64,000 bases of DNA from Candidatus Uhrbacteria bacterium (lineage in GTDB: Bacteria > Patescibacteriota > Patescibacteriia > UBA9934), in NCBI GenBank assembly GCA_018664485.1, contig JABJOE010000009.1, positions 76,635 through 140,634 on the forward strand, given 5' to 3'. The stretch's first letter is position 1. Every line of letters starts with the position of its first letter. Under the pieces are notes generated by a model. It saw only the letters and a program-made list of their open reading frames with translations. It was not told where the DNA came from and searched no databases. The position numbers and the translations under genes are program-made. Below, piece after piece: positions 29,754 through 38,649 of the stretch.

Positions 29754-29895
29754 CCCGCGTCACCATCTTGGCGTGAGGAGCACCCGTACGATCTGATCGT
29801 GCGGGTGCCTTGCTTTTTACATGTAAAAAAACCGCTCTACCCTCACAACAAAACTTTCTACGCATACACAACCAAATTACGTATTTTTTTGCTAC
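29738..29895 (+). repeat. Direct repeat copy 1 (105 bp identical, then ~50 bp diverged), includes terminator hairpin
   Basis: 29738-29842 identical to 30421-30525; hairpin GCACCCGTACGAT-CTG-ATCGTGCGGGTGC then CTTGCTTTTT. Confidence 0.95.
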
Positions 29896-29903
29896 TCATA
29901 TAC

Positions 29904-29982
29904 TTGACAAAAGACCTATTTTATGACAATATTTTATCCTAATTCCTGTGCTATATGCCAGGTCGGTTCACGAAAGTGAGCT
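29904..29982 (+). promoter_or_regulatory. Promoter and conserved two-hairpin leader, cassette 2
   Basis: TTGACA-17-CAATAT; AATTCCTG.GC.GC.CAGG TC GGTTCAC-GAAA-GTGAGCT. Confidence 0.65.
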
Positions 29983-30040
29983 CAGGAGGACCAGGTTTCC
30001 ATCCTTATCCAATGGGGACATCAGAGACAAGGAGGGCTAC

Positions 30041-30436
30041 ATGCCCGCAACCGGAGACAAGGACTACGTCCGCTATCTCGTCAGAACCAGTGGAGGAGTC
30101 AAACGATTCCGTGACTCACAGGATTCGCCTGATGGCGGCCGCGTTGAAGTCCCGTTCGAACTCAGCATCATGTCCTGGAATGGCAAGAGATGGGTCCACC
30201 CGCAGCCTACCAATAACTGGATCGTGATCATCGACGGCACGCATCGTGGCAATATCGCTGGAAGTGTTCTTCTTCGAGGTAAAATGCGTCGACGGCACCA
30301 TGACGCAGGTATCCGTAAAGAATACGACTTCAAGGGCATCCGGTTCTTCGGCCATAGCCCTCTTGTAGGAAGTGCTCTCGGATTCCTCAACGTCTGGGAT
30401 CACGGCACAAGCCCGCCCGCTTGGCACATCGACTAG
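30041..30436 (+). CDS. Orphan 131-aa protein ending WHID
   Basis: GGAGGG SD before MPATGDK. Confidence 0.65.
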   Translation: MPATGDKDYVRYLVRTSGGVKRFRDSQDSPDGGRVEVPFELSIMSWNGKRWVHPQPTNNWIVIIDGTHRGNIAGSVLLRGKMRRRHHDAGIRKEYDFKGIRFFGHSPLVGSALGFLNVWDHGTSPPAWHID

Positions 30437-30578
30437 CCCGCGTCACCATCTTGGCGTGAGGAGCACCCGTACGATCTGATCGTGCGGGTGCCTTGCTTTT
30501 TACATGTAAAAAAACCGCTCTACCCACGCAACAAAACTTTCTATATATACGCAACCGGGTTGCGTATTTTTTACTACC
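30421..30578 (+). repeat. Direct repeat copy 2
   Basis: 683 bp downstream of copy 1. Confidence 0.95.
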
Positions 30579-30669
30579 AACAACCCCAGGTCTTCTCGAC
30601 CCGGGGCTTTCGTATTCCTTCTCTTAAAACCTTCAGAATTGCGTTAGATCTGGCTGTGAAGCTTCGGTG

Positions 30670-30792
30670 TAAAAATGGCTAAGTCGCCATGTCGCTAGGC
30701 GTAAGCCGAGCACTAGTTGAGCCGTACTCAAATGTACGGTGAGACTAGCGCAGGGTTACAACAACGCGAGATGGCGACTTGGGCCGTTTTTA
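30670..30792. repeat. Long imperfect hairpin element overlapping the nrdJ stop codon
   Basis: TAAAAATGGCTAAGTCGCCAT..ATGGCGACTTGGGCCGTTTTTA; core TTGAGCCGTAC-N6-GTACGGTGAG. Confidence 0.8.
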
Positions 30793-33700
30793 GCTACAAC
30801 CGGAGGTTGATCCGCAGTTCAGGCATTTATAGCACGCCCCATTCCTCACCATCATAGACCCGCAAGTATCACACGCTGGTGCATCTGCAGAGTTATCAAA
30901 TGTCATAGTATGAGCACCTGCAGCGCCTACATCCGGCGTAACCTGCTCAACTACTTCTGCAACAGCGGTCTGCACTGTCTTTTCAAACAAATTTGTCTGG
31001 TCAACAGCATTCACTTCTACCTTCGCTACCTCTTCTTTTTCTAGATTATTCAATCCAACCTGCTCTTGCGCATCTGACGGCAAGAACTTCAATGCCATCC
31101 ATCGGAAGATATAGTCAATCAAAGACTTCGCCATTCGAATGTTCGGGTTGTTCGTAAATCCAGATGGCTCAAAGCGCATATGAACAAACTTATTCACCAG
31201 AACTTGCAATGGCACACCATACTGCAACGCCATTGAAATACTTGTAGCAAATGCATCCATTAAACCGGAAATCACCGAACCTTCTTTTGCCATTGTAATG
31301 AACAGCTCACCTGGAGTTCCGTCATCGTATTTACCAACTGTAATATACCCCTTATGGCTCGCAACATTAAAACGATGCGTGATTGAATTTCGTTCATCTG
31401 GCAAACGTCGTCGTCGAGGTGCCACAACCTGTGAAACTGGTACTGAAACTTCCTGCTCTGTAACCGCCGGAGCCGCTACAGCCGCCGGAGCAACCTCTTC
31501 TTTCGCTTCATGACCCTTCTTTGAGTCACTCTCCTTTGACGTTGTAAGAGCCTGCTGACGCTTAGAACCATCTCGGTACACGGCGATAGCTTTCAGACCC
31601 ATGCGCCATCCCTCCATGTAAACCTCTTGAATATCTTCGATCGTTGCCTCATGTGGCATGTTTACAGTCTTTGAAATTGCACCTGAGATAAACGGTTGAA
31701 CTGCTGACATCATTCGAAGATGTCCCATATAATCAATCGTTCGCTTTCCATTCTTCGCTTTAAACGCGCAATCAAATACAGCAGTATGCTCGTCGGTAAT
31801 ATGCGGAGCACCCTCGATGGTATCCATCTTGTCGATGTAGTCCATTATTTCCTTTACCTGCACTTCGCTGTAACCCATTCGTGCCAAAGCTTCCGGTACC
31901 GTCTTGTTTACAATTTTCATCATTCCGCCACCGACAAGCCACTTGTACTTCACAAGAGCAATATCAGGCTCAACTCCAGTTGTATCGCAGTCCATCAAGA
32001 AAGAGATGGTTCCGGTTGGCGCAAGTACAGAGATCTGCGCGTTTCGCATACCGTGTTCTCGTCCATGCGTTACGACATTATCCCAAGACTTTCGAGCTTC
32101 GAACAACAAGTCAGCAGGTACGCCTTCTGGAGAAATTTGATATGACGCATTGCGGTGCATCTGCATCACCTCAAGCATTGGTTCCTCATTTTGAGCATAA
32201 CCGGCAAACGCTCCAATCTTTTCTGCGATCTTTGAAGACTGATAGAATGTCTGACCTGAAAGTAATGACATGATCGCTCCTGCCAAGTTACGACCTTCGT
32301 CTGAGTCGTATGCCAAACCACGGCTCATAAGTAGAGCTCCTAGGTTTGCAAAACCTATTCCAAGTGGTCGGTAGTCATGGCTGTTCTGCTCGATTGCTGG
32401 TGTTGGATAGCTAGAGTTTCCAACTGCGATTTCCATTGCAGTAATCATCACTGATGCTGTGTGCTTAAAAGACTCAACATCAAATTCCATTACGCCATTG
32501 ATTTCCTTTCGGAACTTCAATAGGTTCAGTGAAGATAGGTTACACGCAGAATCATCCAAGAACATGTACTCAGAACATGGGTTTGATGCGTAAATTCGAT
32601 CCGTGTTCTTACACGTGTGCCAGTCATTGATAGCTGTATCGTACTGGATTCCAGGGTCCCCACATTCCCACGTAGCCTTTGCCATTTTATGCATCAAATC
32701 TCGTGCACGGTATGTAGTAGCTGGATTTCCAGTAGTAACTTCGCGTGTTGACCATTCTCCATCTGTGTCCACGGCACGCATGAATTCATCTGTAACACGT
32801 ACTGAGTTGTTTGCGTTCTGGAAGAAGATTGATCCGTACGCCTCTCCGTCCATTGAAGAATCATATCCAGCATCAATAAGTGCCCATGCCTTCTTTTCTT
32901 CTTTAGCTTTGCAATCAATAAATTCCTCTACGTCAGGGTGCGCAATGTCCAAGATAACCATTTTAGCTGCCCGCCGCGTCTTTCCACCGGACTTTACGAT
33001 TCCGGCAAACGCATCAAATCCCTTCATGAAAGACACAGGACCAGATGACTTTCCGTTTGATCGACTCAAAAATTCAAAACTAGATCGTAATTTTGAAAGG
33101 TTAGAACCAGTCCCAGACCCTCCCTTGAACAACATACTTTCAGTTGTACAAAGGTGCAGGATTGAACGCATGTCATCTTGAACTGAGTTGATGAAACATG
33201 CAGAACACTGTGGGTGTGGGTTCACTCCAACGTTAAACCATACAGGACTGTTGAAAGCCGCCATCTGGTTTATAAGAATATGCGTAAGCTCTTCTTGGAA
33301 AACCTGCGCGTCTTGAGCACTCTGGAAATATCCGTCATTTCGGCCCCATCCAGACATAGTGTCTGCCACACGAGAGATCAATTGCTTCATTGAAGCCTCA
33401 CGATCAGGCTCCCCAATCTTTCCTCGGAAGTACTTCTGCGCCACAACATTTGTTGCAGTCTGTGACCACTCTGTTGGCGTTTCGATATTATTCTGTTCAA
33501 AAACGACATTTCCCTTAGCATCCGAAATCTTTGCAGTACGCATCTCCCAATTGATCGCATCGTATGGGTGCACACCTTCTTTTGTATAGTAACGATCAAA
33601 TCGAACTCCGTTTCCGTAAACCGGCATGTTGCCCTTTGCTGGAGACATCTTCTGCTTGAACACCATGTACTTGCGCGCAATATGTACCAGGTTGTTATCA

Positions 33701-34005
33701 ATAAAAGTCATTGACACCACTTCTCGGATGTCGCCGGTAGACGGAGTAGTGTGTCCGTTGTAGATCTTCTGCAATCGAGACAAGACCTGTCCGGTAACAC
33801 GATCGATCACCTGCTCGTTTTTCATCCCGCCGGCCTCAAGGGCACCGCGTATCGATCCATTCAATTTCTGAGAATTAAAATCAACCTCCTGTCCGCCGCG
33901 CTTTTGCACAGCTTTAAGTGAGGTCATATATTGCCAAACGGAATCACTGACGGTTCCCGCTTTGACATTGGGATCAACAGCTTTTGTAGCCTGAGACTGA
34001 TTCAT
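30790..34005 (-). CDS. nrdJ: Adenosylcobalamin-dependent (class II) ribonucleotide reductase with N-terminal ATP cone and TSCPD-type C-terminus
   Basis: FNSPVWFNVG, QCSACFI, SNPCSEY, APTGTISF, C-terminal CxxC..CxxCG.TSGCS; KRGG.EVDF ATP cone. Confidence 0.95.
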   Translation of the reverse strand: MNQSQATKAVDPNVKAGTVSDSVWQYMTSLKAVQKRGGQEVDFNSQKLNGSIRGALEAGGMKNEQVIDRVTGQVLSRLQKIYNGHTTPSTGDIREVVSMTFIDNNLVHIARKYMVFKQKMSPAKGNMPVYGNGVRFDRYYTKEGVHPYDAINWEMRTAKISDAKGNVVFEQNNIETPTEWSQTATNVVAQKYFRGKIGEPDREASMKQLISRVADTMSGWGRNDGYFQSAQDAQVFQEELTHILINQMAAFNSPVWFNVGVNPHPQCSACFINSVQDDMRSILHLCTTESMLFKGGSGTGSNLSKLRSSFEFLSRSNGKSSGPVSFMKGFDAFAGIVKSGGKTRRAAKMVILDIAHPDVEEFIDCKAKEEKKAWALIDAGYDSSMDGEAYGSIFFQNANNSVRVTDEFMRAVDTDGEWSTREVTTGNPATTYRARDLMHKMAKATWECGDPGIQYDTAINDWHTCKNTDRIYASNPCSEYMFLDDSACNLSSLNLLKFRKEINGVMEFDVESFKHTASVMITAMEIAVGNSSYPTPAIEQNSHDYRPLGIGFANLGALLMSRGLAYDSDEGRNLAGAIMSLLSGQTFYQSSKIAEKIGAFAGYAQNEEPMLEVMQMHRNASYQISPEGVPADLLFEARKSWDNVVTHGREHGMRNAQISVLAPTGTISFLMDCDTTGVEPDIALVKYKWLVGGGMMKIVNKTVPEALARMGYSEVQVKEIMDYIDKMDTIEGAPHITDEHTAVFDCAFKAKNGKRTIDYMGHLRMMSAVQPFISGAISKTVNMPHEATIEDIQEVYMEGWRMGLKAIAVYRDGSKRQQALTTSKESDSKKGHEAKEEVAPAAVAAPAVTEQEVSVPVSQVVAPRRRRLPDERNSITHRFNVASHKGYITVGKYDDGTPGELFITMAKEGSVISGLMDAFATSISMALQYGVPLQVLVNKFVHMRFEPSGFTNNPNIRMAKSLIDYIFRWMALKFLPSDAQEQVGLNNLEKEEVAKVEVNAVDQTNLFEKTVQTAVAEVVEQVTPDVGAAGAHTMTFDNSADAPACDTCGSMMVRNGACYKCLNCGSTSGCS

Positions 34006-34156
34006 AGGGAAAACATTAGGTAGAACGCAAAACGAATCTACTCGGAGTTAAAATCGACGAAAACGGCAACAATCAGAAGGAAATTTTGGATTATAAAAAT
34101 CCCTTTCGGGACCACTAATTTCCCCCATTTAGATTTGCATACATGCAGTTTCTTGT

Positions 34157-34204
34157 ACCACTACATGTTGTGCCACTGGAGAGATTATACCACTATATGT
34201 TGTG
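34157..34204. promoter_or_regulatory. Tandem NrdR boxes
   Basis: ACCACTACATGTTGTG and ACCACTATATGTTGTG 32 bp apart upstream of nrdJ; match the acaCwAtATaTwGtg consensus. Confidence 0.85.
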
Positions 34205-34221
34205 TCGGAGAATTTTCTGGG

Positions 34222-34230
34222 TGTGGATAA
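34222..34230. promoter_or_regulatory. DnaA box
   Basis: TGTGGATAA is a perfect TTATCCACA on the minus strand, upstream of nrdJ. Confidence 0.5.
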
Positions 34231-34359
34231 AATTTACCGGCAAAAGTACTTGGCTAGCATTGGCGGAGCTACATTGACACGACTCGTAATCTTGTATAAT
34301 ATCCCGTACGACCACTGCAGTAAATTTCTTCTCTGTATTTACAACCTATTGGAGACCGC

Positions 34360-34851
34360 ATGTGCCCCCTTTTGGTCACAGCTACTTCGCAACCCGACTT
34401 TTCAAACCCCTTCTCCATTGTTGGATTTCTGGTACAAAATGCAGCCGACCGTGAAGATGTACAACAAAATGAAATCGACCGGTGGGTAGCTGCAATCGCA
34501 AATATCGACTCTATTACCCGGCACGAAGATCCCGATTTGCGATACAGGCTCGCACAGTGTATTGCCAGATGCGGCTTCGGCCACAGTACCGGGCGCGACG
34601 TCTCGGGCAGTATGCTGCTCAACGAACTGAGCAGCACGGAATGCTACATGGATGGAAGCGAACCGAAAACCGCCCAAGAGATACGTGTAATGCTCTATTG
34701 CGGAAACCTGAATTCTCTTGCAGAAGCACAAGAAGGCGACATTCGTGCTGCGATCTTCGCAGCCTGCGCACTGAAGTATGCGGTTAGAGAATTCGCCTCA
34801 GAGCACCCCGTGCTCGCAATCCAAGTCTACTTGTTTGGTCACGGTAACTGA
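34360..34851 (+). CDS. Orphan hypothetical protein
   Basis: TTGACA..TATAAT at 34274-34300, GGAG SD, hairpin CCCCGTTTCC/GGAGACGGGG after the stop. Confidence 0.65.
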   Translation: MCPLLVTATSQPDFSNPFSIVGFLVQNAADREDVQQNEIDRWVAAIANIDSITRHEDPDLRYRLAQCIARCGFGHSTGRDVSGSMLLNELSSTECYMDGSEPKTAQEIRVMLYCGNLNSLAEAQEGDIRAAIFAACALKYAVREFASEHPVLAIQVYLFGHGN

Positions 34852-34899
34852 TCAACGCCCCTCACCCCCGTTTCCTCCTTGGAGACGGGGGATGTCTGT

Positions 34900-35478
34900 T
34901 TAAAATCCCATTGTGAGATTGATTCCTGATGACTCTTTTTTCGGAACGGAGAAATCAATATCTACCTTCTTACGCTCGCCACCTCTATCATCAAAAAGAA
35001 TGAAACCATTCTCTACTCCAAACTCAAAAACCTCTTTTGTAACTTTAACGTCCTGCATACAATAATCAATGATCTCCTGTACCTTCCCTTCTTTCCACCA
35101 TGCAACAGCCTGCAAACCATGTGCACTTTTCTTTGCACCTATCGTAGCGGACGCAACATCATCAAGCTTGATTCGAAAGCCTAGACTCAATCGAATTTTC
35201 TCAAGCATGTCGATCTGCGGAATCTTCAAAAAGTCACCTGCGTAATATTTGTTCAAAATCGGAACATCAAAACCGATTGAGTTGTATCCGATAATAGAGT
35301 CAGCCTGTTCTAGTCGTATAAATAAATCCTGCAATGTCTCTTGAGTGTACGACTCCCAAGAATCATCTTCATAAAAATATGCACACACAACAGATAGATC
35401 CAGCTTGGTAGGAAAATACCCACCAACATCCTGAAATGTATTTCTCGTTTCAATATCTAGGACAACAGCTTTTGACAT
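34900..35478 (-). CDS. RNase H-like (DEDD) exonuclease domain protein
   Basis: LDIET, GYNSIGFD, YCMQDV. Confidence 0.85.
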   Translation of the reverse strand: MSKAVVLDIETRNTFQDVGGYFPTKLDLSVVCAYFYEDDSWESYTQETLQDLFIRLEQADSIIGYNSIGFDVPILNKYYAGDFLKIPQIDMLEKIRLSLGFRIKLDDVASATIGAKKSAHGLQAVAWWKEGKVQEIIDYCMQDVKVTKEVFEFGVENGFILFDDRGGERKKVDIDFSVPKKESSGINLTMGF

Positions 35479-35539
35479 ACGCAAGGCATTGTAGCATATC
35501 TACTTAAACCAACAGAATATAGCAGGCTATCAGGAAAAA

Positions 35540-36076
35540 CTATGCTAAATCTTTAACGTGATAGATATAAAAAGTACTTCCATCTACTTTAAAGCTACGC
35601 ATCGGAATAACTCCAGTAAACGGAAAACCTCGCGAAATTACTCGAGTAGTCTGAGGGAGCTTACTTAATGGTGCGCGCAATCTATCAACCGCTTTTGGAA
35701 ATAGATACATGAAGATGACATCTGTTTTCTCCAGCGATGAATTGAACATATTCTCACGTGAAATTGTTACATTTCCGCCACGAAGACGAAAACGCGCGAT
35801 GTATGCAAGGATCGGGTTAATCTCATACCCAACAAGCTTGCCGGCACCAGACTTGCGAGCAGCGAGCAATACAGAACCATCACCGCACCCTATATCTGTC
35901 ACAGACTGACCTTCTTTCAAACCAGCTTTCACAAAAGCTTTCTCCATCATCTTCTGCTTCGTCGCAACAAATGGAGCGCCAAACAAAATACTTACCCCGA
36001 ATGACCCAATCACAAGCGAAAGGAGCATCAAGATAATGACTAGCAAAAACATTAACAGTAGAAATATATTATTCAT
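35540..36076 (-). CDS. Membrane-anchored class I SAM-dependent methyltransferase
   Basis: GAPFVAT, DIGCGDG, GYEINP. Confidence 0.85.
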   Translation of the reverse strand: MNNIFLLLMFLLVIILMLLSLVIGSFGVSILFGAPFVATKQKMMEKAFVKAGLKEGQSVTDIGCGDGSVLLAARKSGAGKLVGYEINPILAYIARFRLRGGNVTISRENMFNSSLEKTDVIFMYLFPKAVDRLRAPLSKLPQTTRVISRGFPFTGVIPMRSFKVDGSTFYIYHVKDLA

Positions 36077-37454
36077 AGCGTCCTAGTGCCGCAGCAATAC
36101 TTTCAGAATATGTCGGGAATGCGTGGATCATGGTACTAAGATCCTTTGCGGTTGCGCCCAAATGCATCCCTAGAGCAATTTCGTGGATTACCTCTCCGGC
36201 ACACGCACCGATCATATGACCACCTAAAATTAAACCTGTTTTCTTTTCAACAACAATCTTTATGATTCCAACTCTATTATTATCAGTCACCGAACGACCT
36301 AGGCCGCCAACTGGAAACTTAGCAACTTCAACCTTAATCTTTCTATCAGCAGCCTCTTTCGCCGTAATACCCACAGATGCAACTTCTGGATGAATAAAGG
36401 TAGCACGAGGCACAACACGCATATCGCGCTTTTTCATAGAACGAGTTGTCTTTGAAAGTGCATTGTGAGCCGCGATAGTACCTTCCAGATGTGCTGTATG
36501 GGTAAACTGCATTCCACCATCAACATCACCTGCTGCGAATATGTGTTTTATATTTGTACGCTGATATTCATCTGTATGCAAGCGTCCAACTTCATCTAAC
36601 TTAACTCCCGCTTTATCTAACGACAACTCGGTTACAGCAGCTCTTTTACCGGCAGCCAGCAAAACATGGTCAACTAGAATGCTCTGTCTTTTTTGCGCCC
36701 CAACCTGATACTCAACTCTAACCCTCTTCCCCTCCTTCTTTACAGACAATGTTTTTGTACTTAGTTTAATGTCTACCCCAATCTCCTGGAGTTGAGCGCC
36801 AGCAATAGCACCGATCTCAGAGTCCTCTCGTTGCAGAACCTGCTCCGACAACTGAAGGACCTTTACCTGGGTTCCAAGCATCGCAAAAAACGTTGCAAAC
36901 TCACAACCAACCGGGCCACCGCCAATAATAGCTATGGACTTAGGCTGCACTGTGAGTGAAACTGCGTCATGGAAAGTGAGATACCCAGATTTTTTCAAAC
37001 CATCAATAGGCGGAACGAATGTAGTGGTTCCAGTAGCTAAAATTATACTCTTACCTTTGTACTTATTCTTTCCGACTCTGACAGTGTGGTCATCAACAAA
37101 CACAGCAGAACCGCGAACAACATCTATGCCAAGCTCTTTTGCAATCCGATCCATCTTTTTACCCTTCCCGGTTATAGCGCTTACCACAGCGTCCTTACGC
37201 GCCATAATTTCCTTAAAGCTAAATGACACAGATGAAGCATGGATTCCAAAATCTTTCAGATCATTTTTGGCTTCGTGATACAGCTTTGCGCTACGAAGAA
37301 GTGCCTTTGTTGGTACACATGCCCAATTTGGACACTCGCCACCCATGCGGCCTTTCTCAATTATGCAAACACTAGCTCCGGTGTTTGCCGCAACCTCAGC
37401 CGCACTAAATCCGGCTGACCCTCCTCCAATCACAATAACGTCGTACATCGCCAT
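36069..37454 (-). CDS. Pyridine nucleotide-disulfide oxidoreductase (Lpd/MerA-like)
   Basis: GGGSAG, GGECPNWACVPTK, GGGPVGCE, HAFPT. Confidence 0.9.
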   Translation of the reverse strand: MAMYDVIVIGGGSAGFSAAEVAANTGASVCIIEKGRMGGECPNWACVPTKALLRSAKLYHEAKNDLKDFGIHASSVSFSFKEIMARKDAVVSAITGKGKKMDRIAKELGIDVVRGSAVFVDDHTVRVGKNKYKGKSIILATGTTTFVPPIDGLKKSGYLTFHDAVSLTVQPKSIAIIGGGPVGCEFATFFAMLGTQVKVLQLSEQVLQREDSEIGAIAGAQLQEIGVDIKLSTKTLSVKKEGKRVRVEYQVGAQKRQSILVDHVLLAAGKRAAVTELSLDKAGVKLDEVGRLHTDEYQRTNIKHIFAAGDVDGGMQFTHTAHLEGTIAAHNALSKTTRSMKKRDMRVVPRATFIHPEVASVGITAKEAADRKIKVEVAKFPVGGLGRSVTDNNRVGIIKIVVEKKTGLILGGHMIGACAGEVIHEIALGMHLGATAKDLSTMIHAFPTYSESIAAALGRYE

Positions 37455-37456
37455 AG

Positions 37457-38458
37457 CTATTCATTTATTATTTCTCGAGCACCATCCCATAATCTTGGTT
37501 CGCCCTGCTGTGCTAAACGGGCCCACCATTCTACTCCCCAAAAATATACCTCACTCACCCCAACTTGCTGCGCGAAAGCAACGTTAGCTTCAAGATCTTC
37601 TACTGGAAAAGCAGCATACAAATCTTCTGTAGTTCCACTCTGTTCATACAGACCTCCATCAAACCACGGTTCAGCCTGCAATTCTGACACTATCACCTCA
37701 TCTATAAATGGTTCTACAATCGCTCTTTGTATGGAATAAAAGACTGGTGAGTGCGGAAATACAAAAGGTCCTATGACCGGGGTGTGAACCTCTCTATACA
37801 AACTAATACCTAATATATCAACGCGTTCTGCAGAAAAAATCCAAAGCGACTGTTCTCCACTCGTCGTTGACTGAATCGGATGACCAGGATCTAGCCGCCT
37901 GACAATCTCGAACTCATCTGCAATGCGTTCTGGACTTGGTGACGGACATTCACCAAACGGAAAGAAAGGTTCGTTCTCAATCTGCCAACGATGCAAAGCT
38001 TCATGATCCTTATATTGATCGACTGTATTTTTTAACAGTGCATAGGTATGAACATCAAGCTCTGATACCTCATAATCCTTCGCCCAATCAGGCAAAAAAC
38101 ATTCCGGCCATCTTGGAACCTTCAATCCAACAGCAAGTGTTACATCTACTCCACGAGTAGCCGCCTCATCCATCATCCAGTCCAAATCTTCGAAGTCATA
38201 TACATTGGGCTCAACTTCGATCTCTGACCAGTACACAGGAATCCTCCACGCCTCGATTCCCAGATCATCCATTCCTGCAATATAAACTTCACGCCAATCA
38301 AGCTCAAGATACTCAGCGTAAACATTCGAAAATGTAGCTCCGTACGTTATATCTTCTTTTGGTGCCAACCATTTAAAATACCAAATACCAGTCGCGGCTA
38401 TAACGACTAGCGCGAGGATAATGACTAGAATAATTTTCCTCAACCCCCTCTTTTTCAT
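37457..38458 (-). CDS. Membrane-anchored glycoside hydrolase (clan GH-A-like TIM barrel)
   Basis: RIPVYWSEIE, WQIENEP, SELQAEPW. Confidence 0.75.
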   Translation of the reverse strand: MKKRGLRKIILVIILALVVIAATGIWYFKWLAPKEDITYGATFSNVYAEYLELDWREVYIAGMDDLGIEAWRIPVYWSEIEVEPNVYDFEDLDWMMDEAATRGVDVTLAVGLKVPRWPECFLPDWAKDYEVSELDVHTYALLKNTVDQYKDHEALHRWQIENEPFFPFGECPSPSPERIADEFEIVRRLDPGHPIQSTTSGEQSLWIFSAERVDILGISLYREVHTPVIGPFVFPHSPVFYSIQRAIVEPFIDEVIVSELQAEPWFDGGLYEQSGTTEDLYAAFPVEDLEANVAFAQQVGVSEVYFWGVEWWARLAQQGEPRLWDGAREIINE

Positions 38459-38510
38459 AGTCCAATTAATACATCACGCTTCTTTTCCTGCATCTCTCGC
38501 CGATAATTAT

Positions 38511-38648
38511 AAATAGGCTAAATATTTTGGGAACTCTGAGGTACGTTTGCTTGGTCCACCACATTTCTACTAAGGCGGAAACGTACCGAGGTGTTAGATG
38601 AGCTGCCGCAGGAGCAGCGAGTCGTCCCATAAATAATTAGTCGTATTT
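38511..38648. repeat. Long branched hairpin element at a stop codon
   Basis: AATAGGCTAAATATTTTGGGA..TCCCATAAATAATTAGTCGTATT; inner GA-GGTACGTTT/AAACGTACC-GA. Confidence 0.65.
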
Positions 38649-38649
38649 A

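Noticed and set aside
29443-29982. c-di-GMP or cobalamin riboswitch call for the GAAA-loop leaders near cobO/nrdJ
   Set aside because: I could not find the consensus cores by eye (no B12 box, no GEMM P1/P2 motif), and the leaders face away from cobO. An Rfam search is needed to settle it.
29738-30578. DGR template/variable repeat pair
   Set aside because: The core 105 bp are identical, the tail mismatches are not adenine-specific, and there is no reverse transcriptase in the window. The four-helix-bundle gene is 10 kb away and is of the IVS type.
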